Below, piece after piece: positions 17,344-38,694 of a DNA stretch of 64,000 bases. The translations under genes and the position numbers were made by a program. Positions within the stretch are counted from its first letter, which is position 1; every line of letters starts with the position of its first letter. The notes beneath the pieces were generated by a model. That model did not search any database and was not told the origin of the DNA. It saw only the letters and a list, made by a program, of their open reading frames with translations. Location of the stretch: assembly GCF_009914755.1 (NCBI RefSeq), contig NC_060940.1. One strand, given 5' to 3'. The DNA is from the human T2T-CHM13v2.0 reference genome, Homo sapiens.

Positions 17344-17489
17344 TCAAAAAAAAAAAAAAAAAATACATTCTTAAAAATAAAGACACTTAGAGAGGAATCT
17401 AAAACACACTGGTTCTATTTTTATGCTAAGACAGCAGGTGGATTTTTTTTTTTTTTTTGAAAAAGAAAAGGGAACAAATTTCACATAGG

Positions 17490-17750
17490 AGAAGAGTTTT
17501 TGAAATCTTTGCACAACAGGGTGGCCATAGTAAATAATGATGTATTTATTTGCAAAGAGAAGACACAGATAACAATAGCAATAATAATAATGTATTTCAA
17601 ACAATTAAGAGTAAATTTCAAATGCCTCACCACAAAATATAAGTAAGCAAAGTAAGGCGATAGTATGTTAATTAGCATGATTTAATCATACTACATTACA
17701 CACATATATATAAACATTACGTTGTACCCTATGTGTACAATTATGATTTC
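17490..17750 (+). mobile_element. Old L1M 3' end fragment
   Basis: atgttaattagcatgatttaatcatactaca...aacattacgttgtaccc...tacaattatgattt. Confidence 0.65.
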
Positions 17751-19822
17751 TGAATTAATATTAGAGTGGGGAGAACAATGATTAATTTTTACTTCTTCAG
17801 TAAGATTACAATGAAAATGTAGAGAGCACTAGCATTATAGTAACTATACGATAGGCCACTTTAAATAAAAGGCATCTTTTACAAAATTTTTAGTCAATAA
17901 ATTGATTACCACATACTTACGACCTATTTGCTATTAAGTGTAATTTATAATTCTAGTATTTTCAAAAAAGGAACATATTAAAATCCTATCAATATTTCAA
18001 ATAATGACAGAATTAATCATTTTTAATAGAATCCTTACTCAGGTCCTTCAAAAACAATATAAACTATGACTTAAGGTAGATTCCTTTAAATCTGACTAAT
18101 GAATAAATGTTAAATCTCAAATTTCATAGTCCCAGTGCTGGAAAACCTATATTTTTATTTTTCTTCACGTTTATACAAAGAACGTACAGACAGGCAAGAA
18201 ATGTAATCAACCTTTTTAGGAAAGAATCCCAGGATTTGCTTTCTTTTCAATTAAATATATATGAATTCTGGGGGATACTGGTGATCATCTCTGGATCTTT
18301 TTACTCATCTAATGAGAAAAGAGTCTCATTATACAAAGAGGATAGTCAAAAAGCCTAATGATTTCCTCACATAAGTAGATTTTTCTGTCTGGCAAATCTG
18401 AAGAAGTCAACATAGAATCTGTCATTAATGCATTGAATCTGAACTTCCACTATTCAAATCAAATTAGGACCTGGAAATAAAGTGTTAACACTTCAGACAA
18501 GAAATTCCAGGGTTTGTATCATCAGGAATATAAACCAGGGACACTCTCAAGAGGCTGAAGAGCAAGAGTCATGCACTGCTTCAGAGAATTAAATACTCCA
18601 AGATGAAAGTTAAAATTTCAAACACACATATCACACATACACATCTTTTAACATCAGGTTGAAATGCTAAAGGGAACAGAGTAAAGGTATGTTTTCAATT
18701 AATAAATTTAAATGAGAGAAAACTTTAAATTCAAAGAGCTTCAGTAAAAAAAAAAAAAATATTAGCAATGTTATCAAATGTGGACGAAAAGCTAATATAT
18801 GTCACTATGTAATCCAAGACATATTCATTAGTGGCGCCTTTTTTCTGGGCTATTAATATATTAGATGCCATCCAAAAACAAATATCTAGTAAATATTAAG
18901 TTTAACGACTTCTTAAAAACCTGTAGGTTCCCAAAGACATATACATGTATGTGCAGTGAGGCCACTGCTAAGCCTCTAACAATATTCTTGTAGACTACTA
19001 AAGTTCTCTATGATGATAAAAAGCGTGATAAAAAAAATCTAGTGTCTCCCCTTAATAAACAAAGAACGAGCATAACTTAGGAAGTTCGGTAACAAAAACA
19101 ATCTATAATTCTGGTACCAGAAATCCCTCTGAGGCTGGGCGAGGTGGCTTACACCTGTAATCCCAGCACTTTGGGAAGCCAAGGCAGGGGGGATCACCTG
19201 AGGTCCGAAGATGAAGAACATCCTGGCTAACAGGGTGAAACCCTGTCTCTACTAAAAATACAAAAAATTAGCCAGGCGAGTGGCACATGCCTGTAATCCC
19301 AGCTACTCAGGAGGCCAAGGCAGGAGAATCACTTGAACCCAGGAGGTAGAGGTTGCGTGAGCCTAGATCGTGCCCTTGCACTCCAGCCTGGGCAACAAGA
19401 GCAAAACTCCATCTCAAAAAAAAAAAAAAAAGCAACAAGTCCCTCTGAAAAAAGTTTTAAATAATAAACAAAAAAGTCTATAACAGGTTTTTAAATAACT
19501 ATAAAGTCCTACACATATTATATGAATGCCAACATAATAATATGAATATGAATATCAACAGGGTATCCAAATCCTTTTTTGAAAAGGTCTGAAAATTAAT
19601 ATGAAAGAAGTAATTCAGTATGTTCAGAAATCTGTTGATTCTAGGCCAGGTATGGTAGCTCCCACCTGTTATCCCAGCACTTTGGGATTTACAAAATGGC
19701 ATTTCCTCCTCACCTAAGGTCAGGAGTTCAAGACCAGCCTGGCCAAGATGGTGAAACCCCATCTCTACTAAAAACTACAAAAATTAGCCAGGCATGGTGG
19801 CAGTCGCCTGTAATCCCAGCTA

Positions 19823-19972
<150 letters not shown>

Positions 19973-20174
19973 TCAGCAGGCATGCAATTGGCAAGAAGTG
20001 TGTTTCCCCAGGCATTCTAATGGGATGCCAGAAGGCTCAACCCAGTGCTTAAATTTTTAGTGATTACATTGCTTAAATAATGTAGACAGATACAATAGAC
20101 TCAAAATAAATCAATGTGTAAAAAGACTTTAAATATGTGCACAAGGTATTTTTCAAGATGGATAAAACATATGA

Positions 20175-20321
<147 letters not shown>

Positions 20322-21012
20322 TGAATAGCTGGGACTACAGGCGTGTGCCACCATGCCCAGCTAATTTTTGTATATTTTTTAGTCGAGATGGGGTTTCACC
20401 ATGTTGGCCAGGATGGTCTTGATCCCTTGACCTCATGATCCGCCCACCTCGGCCTCCCAAAGTGCTGAGATTACAGGTATGAGCCACTGCGCGTGGCCAA
20501 ATTACCGTATTCTTTCTTCTGTAGAAAGATCTGGCCACTCCAGTCCATTACGATACTGTCCTTTTGAGCCTGCTCAATCAGTTTGTTTAAGCCCTGCCTC
20601 AGGCCAACAAGGCTGCCATAAGAGGAATGCTTTCCCCAAAAAAACATCCTACAAGAACAGTGTTGCAATCTCTGGAGTTAACACTTAATATAAAAACACA
20701 AACTTGCAGGATCTCATTTTCATGTATTTACTTGAGGAAAGACACAAATATAGAGTGGATGCTATTTATTGATGCACTTAGTAGGAAAGAAGGGGATAGC
20801 AAAAGTAACAATTTTACCAGATCCATGCACATATGCAGGTTGTATTTTACTGGAGATGGCACACATAAAAATTCCAGATAGTGGTAAGGATATGAAAAAA
20901 TGTGGCAGGAATGGGTGTGATAGTGAAAAAGTCACTGCATATCTGTACCTTGACTGAGGTCATGGTTACACAGGTGTATACATTTGTCAAAATTTACTGA
21001 ATTTAAGACCTA

Positions 21013-21297
<285 letters not shown>

Positions 21298-22050
21298 TCA
21301 AAAGAAAAAAAGAAAAAAAGAAAAAACACCACCACCTATACATACATAAATTTTATCTCAAAGAAGCACCACAATAGAATTCAAAAACGAATTCAATTTA
21401 AAAAGGAAAAGTACACTCGATTAATACAAGATGGAAAAGAATAACATTATAAAACCAAGTATCTCTGCATGAGCGAACTCCACAAGAATTTAGTAAGTTA
21501 TACTCTACATTAAAAAAAAAACAAAAAACAAAAACTCAGAATAAGGGAGCATTTCCTATACATATGAAACCACAAAATTTCTGTACTCTTTACTGTTAGG
21601 CCTCTATACAAGGGGAAGTATGTTTCATTTTATAGTTCCAAAAATAAAATGGGCTCTGAAAAACTTCAAGATAGTCAAAGACAGGTAACCAAAATGATGA
21701 CAATGTGAAAAGATTAACAAACAACAGCTCCTCTAAATCATTAAGGGTGGTCCAATGAAAGGAGCCTCAGGGATTTGTTTTAGGCGATTAGGATAAGGAA
21801 CAAGAGCCAGGTAACAAAGGCAGAAAATCCTAAAGAATTTAACAATTCAATGTTCCCAACAGACACCATGGACCACACTCCATTTTATATGACACTTAAA
21901 TGACATTCCATACATGTGTCTAACATGAAGATTGAGCAGATAAAAGGTATCACTTTAGTAATCATCCTCAATCAACACCAGATAACAAATGAGGGGCTTT
22001 TGCTTATGGAAATTCTCACATATTGAGCTGAACACTTTTACCTTAATTAA

Positions 22051-22370
<320 letters not shown>

Positions 22371-22388
22371 AATTAATTTATTTTTTGA

Positions 22389-22646
<258 letters not shown>

Positions 22647-22714
22647 TGAGCCACCATACACAGCCTTATCTTAATTTAAATTGTTAAATATAAACATAAT
22701 ACTCAGGTCCTTAG

Positions 22715-22975
<261 letters not shown>

Positions 22976-23322
22976 TAGTAGAGACGGGGTTTCTCCATGT
23001 TGGTCAGGCTAGTCTCGAACTCCCGACCTCAGGAGATCCACCCACCTCAGCCTCCCAAACTGCTGGGATTACAGGCATGAGCCACCACGGCCAGCCCACA
23101 CACTTTTTCAAGAAGCAACTAGATTTAATCTTCCTAAATTGTGCCACTTTCCGGCAGGTAAAATTTCAATGATTCCCTAAAGTCACTCCAAATACACTTA
23201 AACTGGGCCAGGGTGGTGGCTCACGCCTGTAATCCCAGCACTTTGGGAGGCCGAGATGGGTGGATCACCTGAGGTCATGAGTTCAAGACAAGCCTGACCA
23301 ACATGGTGAAACCCCGTCTCTA

Positions 23323-23550
<228 letters not shown>

Positions 23551-23748
23551 CTACAATAGGGTCCCCAACCCAGTGCTTCAGCTTCACCTCTTATTTGTAT
23601 TACTCCTCATAAGTACCCAATTCCTCTACACACTGACAATTTGCACCTGGCCTTATCCTAATTTTCTTCTATTTTGGGGGGGATTCTCCCCCAAATTCAC
23701 AGTGAAAATTGTACAGACCAATTCCATCACCCCATTTCCCTCCTCTAA

Positions 23749-24081
<333 letters not shown>

Positions 24082-24322
24082 TGACAGAGCAAGACTGTCT
24101 CAAAAAAAAAAGAAAGAAAGGAAGGAAGGAAGGTATACTGAGAATTACATCACAAAATCCACATGCTCTCCCCTTTACAAAGCCCTTTACTTTTCTCCCA
24201 TAATAACTTATAGCCTCCTTGAAGACAGTGGTTTTACAAGTCATAAAAATCCTGGCCATGGCCCAGTGCAGTAGCTTGTGCCTGTAATCCCAGCACTTTG
24301 GGAGGCCAAGACAGGCAGATCA

Positions 24323-24619
<297 letters not shown>

Positions 24620-24653
24620 TCACAAGGTCAGGAGATCAAGACCATCCTGGCTA

Positions 24654-24863
<210 letters not shown>

Positions 24864-24868
24864 TTATA

Positions 24869-24869
24869 T

Positions 24870-24918
<49 letters not shown>
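24869..24918. repeat. (TACA)n(CA)n microsatellite after an Alu tail
   Basis: Read directly. Confidence 0.95.
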
Positions 24919-24919
<1 letters not shown>

Positions 24920-25411
24920 CTCCCTAGAAGCATCAATATTTACTGAATTAGAGTATTTCATTACCTGTTATAAAAAACAAACAAAAAAACCCTCCATTAT
25001 ACTAATTTATAAAGGAATCAAAACAAAATGGGTTGGGGGGTCCAGGCACGGTGTCTCACTCCTGTAATCCCAGCACTTTGAGAAGCCAAGGTGGGAACTT
25101 GAGGTCAGGAGTTCGAGACCAGCCTGGCCAACATGGCGAAACCCTGTCTCTAATACAAAAATTAGCCGGGCTTGGTGACATGCGCCTGTAGTCCCAGCTA
25201 CTCGGGAGGCAGAGGCACATGAATCACTTGAACCCAGGAGGTGGAGGTTGTACTGAGCCAAGATCGTGCCACTGCACTCCAGCCTGGGAGACAGAGTGAA
25301 ACTATGTCTTTAAAAAAAAGGCGGGGTGCAGTGGCACACACCTGTAATCCCAGCACTTTAGGAGGCCGAGGCAGGTGGATCACCTGAGGTCAGGAGTTCA
25401 TGACCAGCCTA

Positions 25412-25597
<186 letters not shown>

Positions 25598-25951
25598 TCA
25601 AAAAAAAAAAAAAAAAAAAAAAAAAAGTTGGAGTGAGGGGAAGGTTCAACTTAAAGATACAATTACTAAGTGTTTCATAAGGAATGACTTATTTCATAAT
25701 GGAGTAGGAGTTTGACACCAGCATGGGCAACATGGGGAGGCCCCATGTCTACAAAAAAATAAAAATAAAAAATTAGCGTGCCAAGCATGGTGGGTCACAC
25801 CTGTAATCCTGGCTCTTTAGGAGGCCAAGGAGGAAGGATCACTTGAGCCTAGGTATTCAAGACCAGCCCAGGCAGCATGGCAAAACCCCGTCTCTACAGA
25901 AAACAAAAAAAAGTAGCTGGGGGTGGTGACATGCACCTGTGGTCCCAGCTA

Positions 25952-26092
<141 letters not shown>

Positions 26093-26756
26093 TCACGCCT
26101 GGAATCCCAGCACTTTGGGAGGCCGAAGCGGGTGGATCACCTGAGGTCAGCAGTTCAAGACCAGCCTGGCCAACATGGTGAAATCCTATCTCCACTAAAA
26201 ACACAAAAATTAGCCGGGCATAGTGGCATGCACCTGTATTCCCAGCTACTTGGGAGGCTGAGACAGGAGAATCACTTGAACCAGGAGGTGGAGGTTGCAA
26301 GTGAGCTGAGATTGTGCCACTATACTCCAGCCTGGGCGACAAAGTAAAACTCTGTCTCAAAAAAAAAAAGAGAGAGAGAGAGAGGAAAAATAAATAAATT
26401 AGTCAGGTGTGGTGGTATGCACCTGTGGTCCCAGCTACTCAGGAGGCTAAGGCGGGAGGATTCCCAGAGCCCAGGAAGTCAAGGCTGCAGTGAGCAGTGA
26501 CTGCACCACTGCACTCCAGCCTGGGCAACAGAGCAAGAGCATATCTCAAAAAAGAGGAAAGAAAAGAAAAGAAAAACATAAAAACAAACGTTCCTTTAGT
26601 TTTAATTTTTATTTTTTAGTTTATTATGGCTGTTTTACTCTCCTCCAAGTAAAACTGCCATACACAATTTGCTGAAATTTTCCTTAGTGTACTTTGAAAT
26701 CTGTGGAACAGAACTGGCAATCGCTAAATTCTATTTGACTCTAGTTCCATTTAAAA

Positions 26757-26819
26757 TTAGACTGGTGTGAAGTAACTGCGGTTTTTGCCAAAACTGCAAT
26801 TACTTTTGCACCCACCTAA
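26757..26819. mobile_element. MADE1 (mariner-derived MITE), internally deleted
   Basis: Inverted termini ttag..tggtg..aagtaactgcggtttttgcc / aaaactgcaattacttttgcacccacctaa. Confidence 0.75.
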
Positions 26820-29800
26820 TACGTATAAAATATGTAACTTCACTTAATTTTATCCTTTATGTATTTCCCTATATTATGTACCTATGGACATCAAACTTAC
26901 TACAGACTGATAAAAGGCTGAATAGACAACTCTGGTTTCAAAAATCCAGCTTCTCACAACATCAGACATACTAGTATACAGCTTTTCTAATTTCACAACA
27001 TATTTCCATTTTTTGGTCTTTCACAATAGAGAAGATGTGTATACTTTTGAATACTCTGCTCTGTCTACAATCTACCAAAATTGGAAGGTGTTTTTATTAT
27101 ACAGTTTCATCCTTTTAGAAATACAGAAAGATCCTAAGTTTGGGCACAGTAAGACACTCAATACAGATCTACTACTAAACAAGTAAGACCAATTACACAA
27201 TTAATGTCCTAATACCCCGAGTGGAAAAGTAAAATCTACTTGTTTTCTGTTGACTTGAATGCCTTCTCTTTTGTTGAATTAATCAATCTATTTGACTCCA
27301 ATGTCAAATTAATCAATGTCACTTTAGAATATTAAAATGTACAATTATGAATTACACATTTAATTTTAAAACACATCATTCTGATCTCTGTCTTGATTGA
27401 TACTAGAAGATTATCTTCCAAACTAAGGTGGAAAAAATGACAGACTTTAGCTATTGGCAATGATAGGTCATTTTTTTAGGGAAGAGGAGTAAAGAGGGCA
27501 ACCTCCATAGGTCAGATATCCCTTTGTTCTAAGAAGCCACCACCCCTGTTTCTTCATATGAAAAAACCCAGAGGCATCCAGTGGTTCCCAAAACCTTCTC
27601 AACTTTATGCCTGAGGAACCCACAGATTTCAAATAATACAACTGACCTAAGACCACTCATTTGTTTAACCATTCTTTTTTTAATTTTTTATTTTTATTTT
27701 TTTGAGAAGGAGTCTTGCTCTGTTGCCCAGGCTGGAGTGCAGTGGTGTGATGTCGCTCACTACAACCTCCGCCTCTCAGGTTCAAGTGATTCTCCTGCCT
27801 CAGCCTCCCGAGTAACTGGGATTACAGGCATGCACCACCACATCCCGCTAATTTATTTATTTATTTTTTTTAGTAGAGACGGGGTTTCACCATGTCGGTT
27901 GGCCAGGCTGGTCTTGAACTCGTGACCTCAGGTGATCCACCCACCTCAGCCTCCCAAAGTGCTGGGATTACAGGCGTGAGCCACTGCCCCCGGCCTATTA
28001 ACCATTCTTAAATGTCGGGTGCGGTGGCTCACACCTGTAATCTCAACACTTTGGGAGGCTGAAGGTGGGCAGATTGCTTGAGTTCAGGGGTTCAAGACCA
28101 GCCTGGGCAACATGGTGAAAACCCCATCTCTACAAAAAATACAAAAATGAGCCAGGCTGTTGGCAAGCGCCTGTAGCCCCAGCTACTTGTGGATGCTGAG
28201 GCAGGAGGCTTGAGCCTGGGAGGTCGAGACTGCAGTAAGCCAAGTATCTGTGCCGCTGCACTCCAGCCTGGGTGACACAGCAAGACCCTGTCTCAAAAAA
28301 ATTGACAGAAGAGTTGACTGAGAGCACAGTGAATGAAAAGGAAGACTATAAGCCAGTGCCATATAAATGCTTACTGTTGGAGGTATGCTTCTATGGAACA
28401 CGGGTTTGCTCTCTTGCCATATGACATTCACGTATTCAGCCACCTGGAACACTTCTTGTCAGTATGTGTGAAGTATCATGTGTGGTCAAAATTGACTCAA
28501 CAGTCATTTTCCACACCAACTGGCAAACTAACACTAAAAGAAATCAACAAGTATTGCTTTTTCAAAAGCCTAAATCGGCTGAGTGCGGTGACTTACACCT
28601 GTAATCCCAGCACTTTGGGAGGCCAAAGCAGGCGGATCACCTGAGTCAGGAGTCCAAGAACAGGCCGGCCAACATGGTGGAATCCCGTCTCTACTAAAAA
28701 TACAAAAATTAGCTGGACGCCTGTAATCCCAGCTACTCAGGAGGCTGAGGCAGGAGAATTTTTCCCTGTAACCAGGAGGCAGAGGCTGCAGTGAGTCGAG
28801 ATTACACCACTGCACTCCAGCCTGGGAGACAGAGCAAGACTCCATCTCAGGAAGACAAAAAAAAAAAAAGCCTACATCAAGGAAAACAGAACCAAAACAC
28901 CAGGGACAAAATGGTACATAAGAGGCAAAAAAATTTTCACCAAAATTATTCAGATGAACCATAATAAATGTGCCTGCATCTGAAGATGTTCTAAACCTTC
29001 ATTTAAGTAAGAAGCAAGATCAAGATCCATTCCGTCAGTTACCTGGAGTCTGTCATCTTTCGGAATAGGGGACGGAATCACCTCAAATTTAACTAATAAA
29101 AATTTATGACTTGGCAAACACCCCAGGTATTTTTATTGACTAACAAATCAGCTATGACAATCTTAGCAACAAATCAAGTTATGCTATGGGGTATGTCCAC
29201 ACTTCCCTGTTCCCTCTACAACAGGAGAAAATCAAATCTTTCCAACATCCTAACAAACTGTTACTCCCTGTAACCAAATGTATCACAGTATCGTCTACCA
29301 AGGCGTTACATCCTGAAACTTTCCTACAAAAAGCACAGCTTCAAAGAAACCTTGCAAGCTTTCTTGTAAGCTCCTCCCTTCCCCCATCGCCCCTCCCCAG
29401 AGCCGAGAAATAAAGCACTTGAAAGAAACAACATGGATAATATTTATTAATAGCTCATGTACATATTCCATAACTACATAAGCCATTTGGCTTCATACCT
29501 GTCAGCAATGAAGTCAGCTGGCCCTAGCACGTGGCTGCGACTCTTCTCTATTTATTTAGAACTATAAACTACAATTTACACTTTACAAAAGCTGTAGGAC
29601 TATTTGGGAAGGCACTTTATTCTTCTAAAAGGTTACTAAATTCTCTTATATACTTATACTGATCACAATACTGAAAAATAATAGAAAATCCATTGTCATT
29701 CATTTACCACCTGATTTGTTAGATGCCAGATAATCAAATTTCACACATTTCAATAAAAAGGCAAAACTAAGCATGTCAATCATAGGAAGAAAAATACTTA

Positions 29801-30829
29801 ACTAATTTTATTTAAAGCACTCACAAACTCTTAAGTGGTACAAGACAAGCCAACGCTGTTTATCGAACAATATTTTTTTTTACGACTAAACATCTCAATT
29901 CTAGACTCAGGCACTAATTATTAAAGTCATCTAGTTATATACACCAATTCTCAACAGACACAGTTTTTTTTGGAAAGGCATATTAAACAGACTAAGATGT
30001 GTACTACCCATTAGCCAAAGATAATTTTATTGATTTTTCTAATGAGTCTTCAAATGTTACATTCTAACATCTTAGCAAATTATTTCCAAATACTGCTGGA
30101 ATTACATGTAACTATCAGGAAACAAAAGGGCTTCTCAACAACTTGTGCGTTCTACATTATCTGGCCAGTTTCCGGACAATTATAATACAATTGTGCTCCA
30201 AAGCAGGAGAGTTCCATGAATCAATTGCCCCTAAAATATATTTCTGTATATTTAAGGAGTTCTAAGCATTGGGTTAAATTCCAAACAGACTCTGAATACA
30301 AGCATTTATTTAGTAAGAGAGGTTAGAATAAATCAATCCTAAATTAGGCACAGCTACCCTCCCCCCATTGATCAAAAAGACAGGAAATTACATTTATTTA
30401 AAAAGTTAATGTTCCTAATATATTCAAATCTAACTAAGCCCCAAAACGGTCTGAGATCAAATCCTCCATAAAAGAGGAAATTCTCTAGACTTCTAAGTGG
30501 GTGCCCAAAGAGTTCACTCAAGTGTCCAGGTATGAATTACGATTCACCAGAGTAACCGGCCTTGCACTTAGGGAAAACTTCCATCGCCCAAGACCAGAGT
30601 GGGTCGATCCCATCAACAGTCACACAATCTCATCTCATGCTCCACTAATGAATGTTCTGCCTAAAGTCAGAGCAATGCCTTGGCTGGAGTTTTGTTTTGG
30701 TTTTTTCAATATTAACATGTGGGGGTCACAGAAAGGAACAGAGGCTACAAGAGCTCTCACGTGGCGGCTGAAAGACTGGGGAACCGAGAAAGTGAATGAG
30801 TAACAGGGAGGGTCCTGGACTCTCAGGAT

Positions 30830-32014
<1,185 letters not shown>

Positions 32015-32449
32015 TCAAATCGCACCTATTTTGAGGCAAGCAAGGACTCTGTGACTTCAGGAGCCCTGGTGGGTGGACAGAAGCTCCCTGCTCCCCCAGC
32101 CTGTCTACCCAGCAGCGCTTTGGCCAGTCCCATTCCTGTACTTCTGAGCCTGCCTGTCAGTCCCTCCTCACACGCACACCGTGGCTTTGTGCCTGGTACT
32201 GAGTGTCCCGGAGCCCCAAACCACAGGGTCAACCCCATGAAAGAAACCGGGACTCTGCTCTCATCCACTCGCCCCCACCCCCCGCGTAATCCCCTGGTGC
32301 TCACACAGCCCCACCGTAAAGTTTTTGTAGCTCCCTGGCAGACTTGTGCTCCTGTTTGCCAGATCAAAGCCCAGTGACCTGAGCGGCCTGTCCCCAGCAG
32401 AGGCCACTAGTCCCTGTGGACCCACCCCATTGGGAAAGGCATGGGTTGA

Positions 32450-32735
<286 letters not shown>

Positions 32736-32743
32736 GTAAGTAG

Positions 32744-33040
<297 letters not shown>

Positions 33041-33209
33041 TAGTAGAGACAGGGTTTCACCACGTTAGCCAGGCTGGTCTCGAACTCCTGACCTCGCGAT
33101 CCGCCCGTCTCAGCCTCCCAAAGTGCTGGGATTACAGGCGTCAGCCACCACGCCCGGCCCTCTTTTTTTCTTTTTTTGATGAAGTTTTGCTCTTTTGCCC
33201 AGGCTATAG

Positions 33210-33491
<282 letters not shown>

Positions 33492-34080
33492 TGAATCGTT
33501 TAGCCTCCGTTTCAGGGGTCCTGGGGAGGGCAAGATGCCGGGAGCAGGCGGGTAGTCCGTGTTCGCACAGGACACACTGGCATGACTCACCATCCAGACC
33601 CGGCGGAATGGCTTGCACTAACCAGTCACGATCGCTCCTAAACTCTTCGGCAAAGAACGCTTCCAAGCAAACCTGTAGCAAATAAACCACTCAGCCAACT
33701 CTGCCAAGAAACTGCCCCATGCCAGCCCCTCCTGGCTTCACGGTCAGTGCCTTGTGACCTTGGACGAGGCCCTTCCTCTTTCTGGGTCTCAGGTGCTTCC
33801 TCCGTAGAATGAGAGGCTGCTTTGGCAGCTGCCAAGTTCTCTTCTAACTCAAATCTTCCACGCGTTCCATGTTTGGGCCATTGAAAGAGCATGGGCTTAG
33901 GAGCCAGACCCCAGGCATGCGGTGCTACTGACGCTTGCTGAGGTGGAGCTTCGGCAGGTCTTCACCCCCAAACCTCTGTGTCCTCATCTCGAGATGGGGG
34001 TGGCCAGACTTTCTCTCCAGGGCCATGGAAGGATGACATGATGCATGTAGAAAGCCTGGCCCACCCCAAACTGTCGGTGA

Positions 34081-34332
<252 letters not shown>

Positions 34333-36480
34333 TAAAGTGCTGGGATTACAGGCATGAGTCACCTCACCCACCTCCCTTTTTTATTCTTAGTACAACCGTT
34401 AAGAGCGCTAGCCTGCCTAGGTGGAATCTTGGCCCCACTGCTCTATGGCTGTTGCCCCTCTGTGACTTTCCTTTATTTTTTGAGACTAATTTCTGTCTTG
34501 TTGCCCAGGCTGGAGTGCAGTGGTGCGATCTCCAGCTCACCGCAACCTCCACCTCCCAGGTTCAAGCAATTTTCCTGCCTCAGCCTCCCGAGTAGCTGGA
34601 ATTACAGGCATGCGCCACCACATCCGGCTAATTTTATATTTTTAGTAGATACAGGGTTTCTCCATGTTGCTCAGGGTGGTCTTGAACTCCCAGCCTCAGG
34701 TGATCTGCCCACCTCGGCCTCCCAAAGTGCTGGGATTGCAGGCGTGAGCCACTGCGCCCGGCTGTCCCCTCTGTGACTTTCTTAACTTCCCCCAGCCTTA
34801 GTTTTGTCGTCTGTAACAGGGGGTTGATAATGGTGCTTACTGCGCAGTGTCGTTGGGAGAAGGGTCCGAGGTGGGGCCTGCAAAGGCTGGGGACAGCACA
34901 TGGCTCCAGGAAGCCCTTGCTAGACGCCAGCTGCTGCTGTTGCTAACACAGGCAGCGGTGGGTGCCCTGTGTCTATTTAAGCATTTCCCTGTCAGTGGGC
35001 AGCAGGTAGCATTCCATTTCTTACTATGGCAACATGTCCTCTTACATCTTGTGCTAGAGAGAGTCATATTCTGTATCGGCACCTAAATCCATTTACACCA
35101 TGGTCCTCAATCTGTTCCCAGTGAACAGAGGGCTCTGCCAAATCATTTCAGAGTTCCACAAAGAACAGAATATTCTGCCAAGCAGAGAAGATTGGAACAT
35201 CGTAAGGAATTCATCCTTCTATGTCGGTGTTTTATTTATGGGCATTCTGAAGATTATTTCATTTGGGAAAAGAATATTGTTACTAAAAATTATTGAAAAA
35301 TCACTGGTGGTTTGGCCTTGAGAGAAAAGTCAAAGAGTTACAAAACGTTCAGTGATAATTTCAGAACCAGGCATGGTGGCTCATGCCTATAATCCCAGCA
35401 CTATTTTGGGAGGCTGATGTGGGAGGACAGATCAAGCCCAGGAGTTCAAGATCAGCCTGGGCAACATAGCAAGAACGCATCTCTAAAAAAAAAAAAAATT
35501 AAAAAATTAACTGGACATGGTGGCACACACCTATCATCCCAGCTACTTGGGAGGCTGAGGCAGGAGGATCGCTGACCCCAGGAATTTGAGGCTGCAGTGA
35601 GTCCTGCTCAGGCCACTGCACTCCAGCCTTGGCTACACAGCAAGACTCTGTCTAAGAAAAAAAAATAATAATAATTTTAGGGATCATTTAATCATGTTTT
35701 CTAGTCATGTTTCAGTGCGTTTTTTAATCATGTTTCAGGGCATGCACTGGCAGTGCCCATCTGTTCCTAAGTGTGTGATCAGCAACATTACGTTGGTAAC
35801 TTAAAATTGGCCATGGTGAAAGTGTTTACACCACAGTCATTGGCAAACCCTAGAAATTGAAGATTCTAAATTCCTGGGAGAACGGCTTATTAAACCTCAA
35901 CCAGCACACCGCTGCACGTTGTTGGACATTTTACTGGCTATTCCTGCTCAGGTGTGTGTAAGTCTTCTTGCGTTTGGCTCCCCCCGGGCTGAGCGTGGCT
36001 GGGCTGGGCTCCCCACTCTGGGTGGGTCCAGGCCTGCTCACTGCATCTCTCATCCTCCCTCTGCAGCCACCTGAGGCCTGTTCTTCTCACGGCGGAGGGC
36101 AGGCACTCACAGGGTGAGGCCAGCGGTGCCCATGTATTCCAAGCTACTGCTCACGTCATGTCTGCTAATGTCCCAGTGGTCAAAGCAGGTCACCAGGTGG
36201 CCAAGCCTAGTGACAATGGGGGAGGGGATAGCTCCTCCCATGGAGGTCAAGGGGGAAGGAATTTGAGATTTGCTGAACCACCATCAAACCTGGAGACTGA
36301 GAATGCATTGGGGAGAGGGGGTCTCCTTCCAGACTGTGCCCATGTGAATTAGGGGCAAATACTGGCCTCCTGGGGCAGGGGACTTGGCGTCTTTGATTCC
36401 ATGCCCCTGCACCTGGGCCAGGGCTTGACCCATAGGAGCAGCTCTGTAAATATTTGTTGACTGATTAAAAAAGAGGATAA

Positions 36481-36981
<501 letters not shown>

Positions 36982-37395
36982 TCATTGTTGGTGGGCCTGT
37001 TGGTGCAGCTCAGCAAGCAGAACCTAAAATTACCCGCTCTTCCCACATCCTGTGTCTCTGTGAGCCAGGGAAGCCTGCGTCTCCTGTCTAGATGAGCGCC
37101 TCCTCTGTGGCATCAGTGGCTTCTGGGTTCTGTCTACATTCAGGTCTGTGCGGCCATGTTAAATGCCCCTCCCACGGCCACTGCCTCTGGTCCCAACAGG
37201 AAAAGGAAGAGGCTGCTCTATGGTCAGGCGCGGTGGCTCACTCCTGCAATCCCAGAACTTTGGGAGGCCAAGGCGGGTGGATCACAAGGTCAGGAGATGG
37301 AGACCATCCTGGCTAACACGGTGAAACCCCGTCTCTATGAAAAATACACAAAAGTAGCCAGGTGTGGCGGCGCGCGCCTGTAATAGAGCTACTCA

Positions 37396-37563
<168 letters not shown>

Positions 37564-38269
37564 TCATCACAGCTTTGTTTAATTGCAAGAAGTTGGAAAT
37601 AACCTAAATATCATCACCAAATAATGGATTTTAAAAATTGTGTCGTAACTGTACAATGGAAATGTACCACCATTAAAAAGAATTGTGTATATATATATAT
37701 TTTTGACAAAATGAGTTCACAATGTTAAATGAAAAAAGGCAACTTACAGGATAATATACACAGTAAAATCCTTGTTCATTAAAATAAAAAATCCTGGCCG
37801 GGTTTGGTGGTACACACCTCTAATCTCACACTTTGGGAGACGCCTGCCTCACTTTGGGACAGGCAGGAGAATCGCTTGAGGCCAGGAGTTTGAGACCAGC
37901 CTGGGCAACATAGTGAGACCTCGTCTCTACAAAAAATGAAAAAGTTAGCCAGGCACGGTGGTGTTTATCTGTAGTCCAGCTGCTCAGGAGGCTGAGGTGG
38001 GAGGATTGCTTCAGCCTAGGGGTTCAAGGCTGCAGTGATTGGCACCACTGCACTCCAGCCTGGGTGGCACAGTGAGACCTGATCTCAAAAAAGCACTATT
38101 CCATTTAATCCCTTTTAAGAACTGGTTTAGCTCAGGCCTGTTAAGGTGAGGACAGGAGCCACAGGGCACGCCAGGCCTCTGGGGTGATATCCCCAAGCAA
38201 GGGGACTCTGTATTTGGAAGCTGCTCTAAGGTTTCGAGAGCAGGATATCCCAAGGATCCTGTCTCTTAA

Positions 38270-38694
<425 letters not shown>
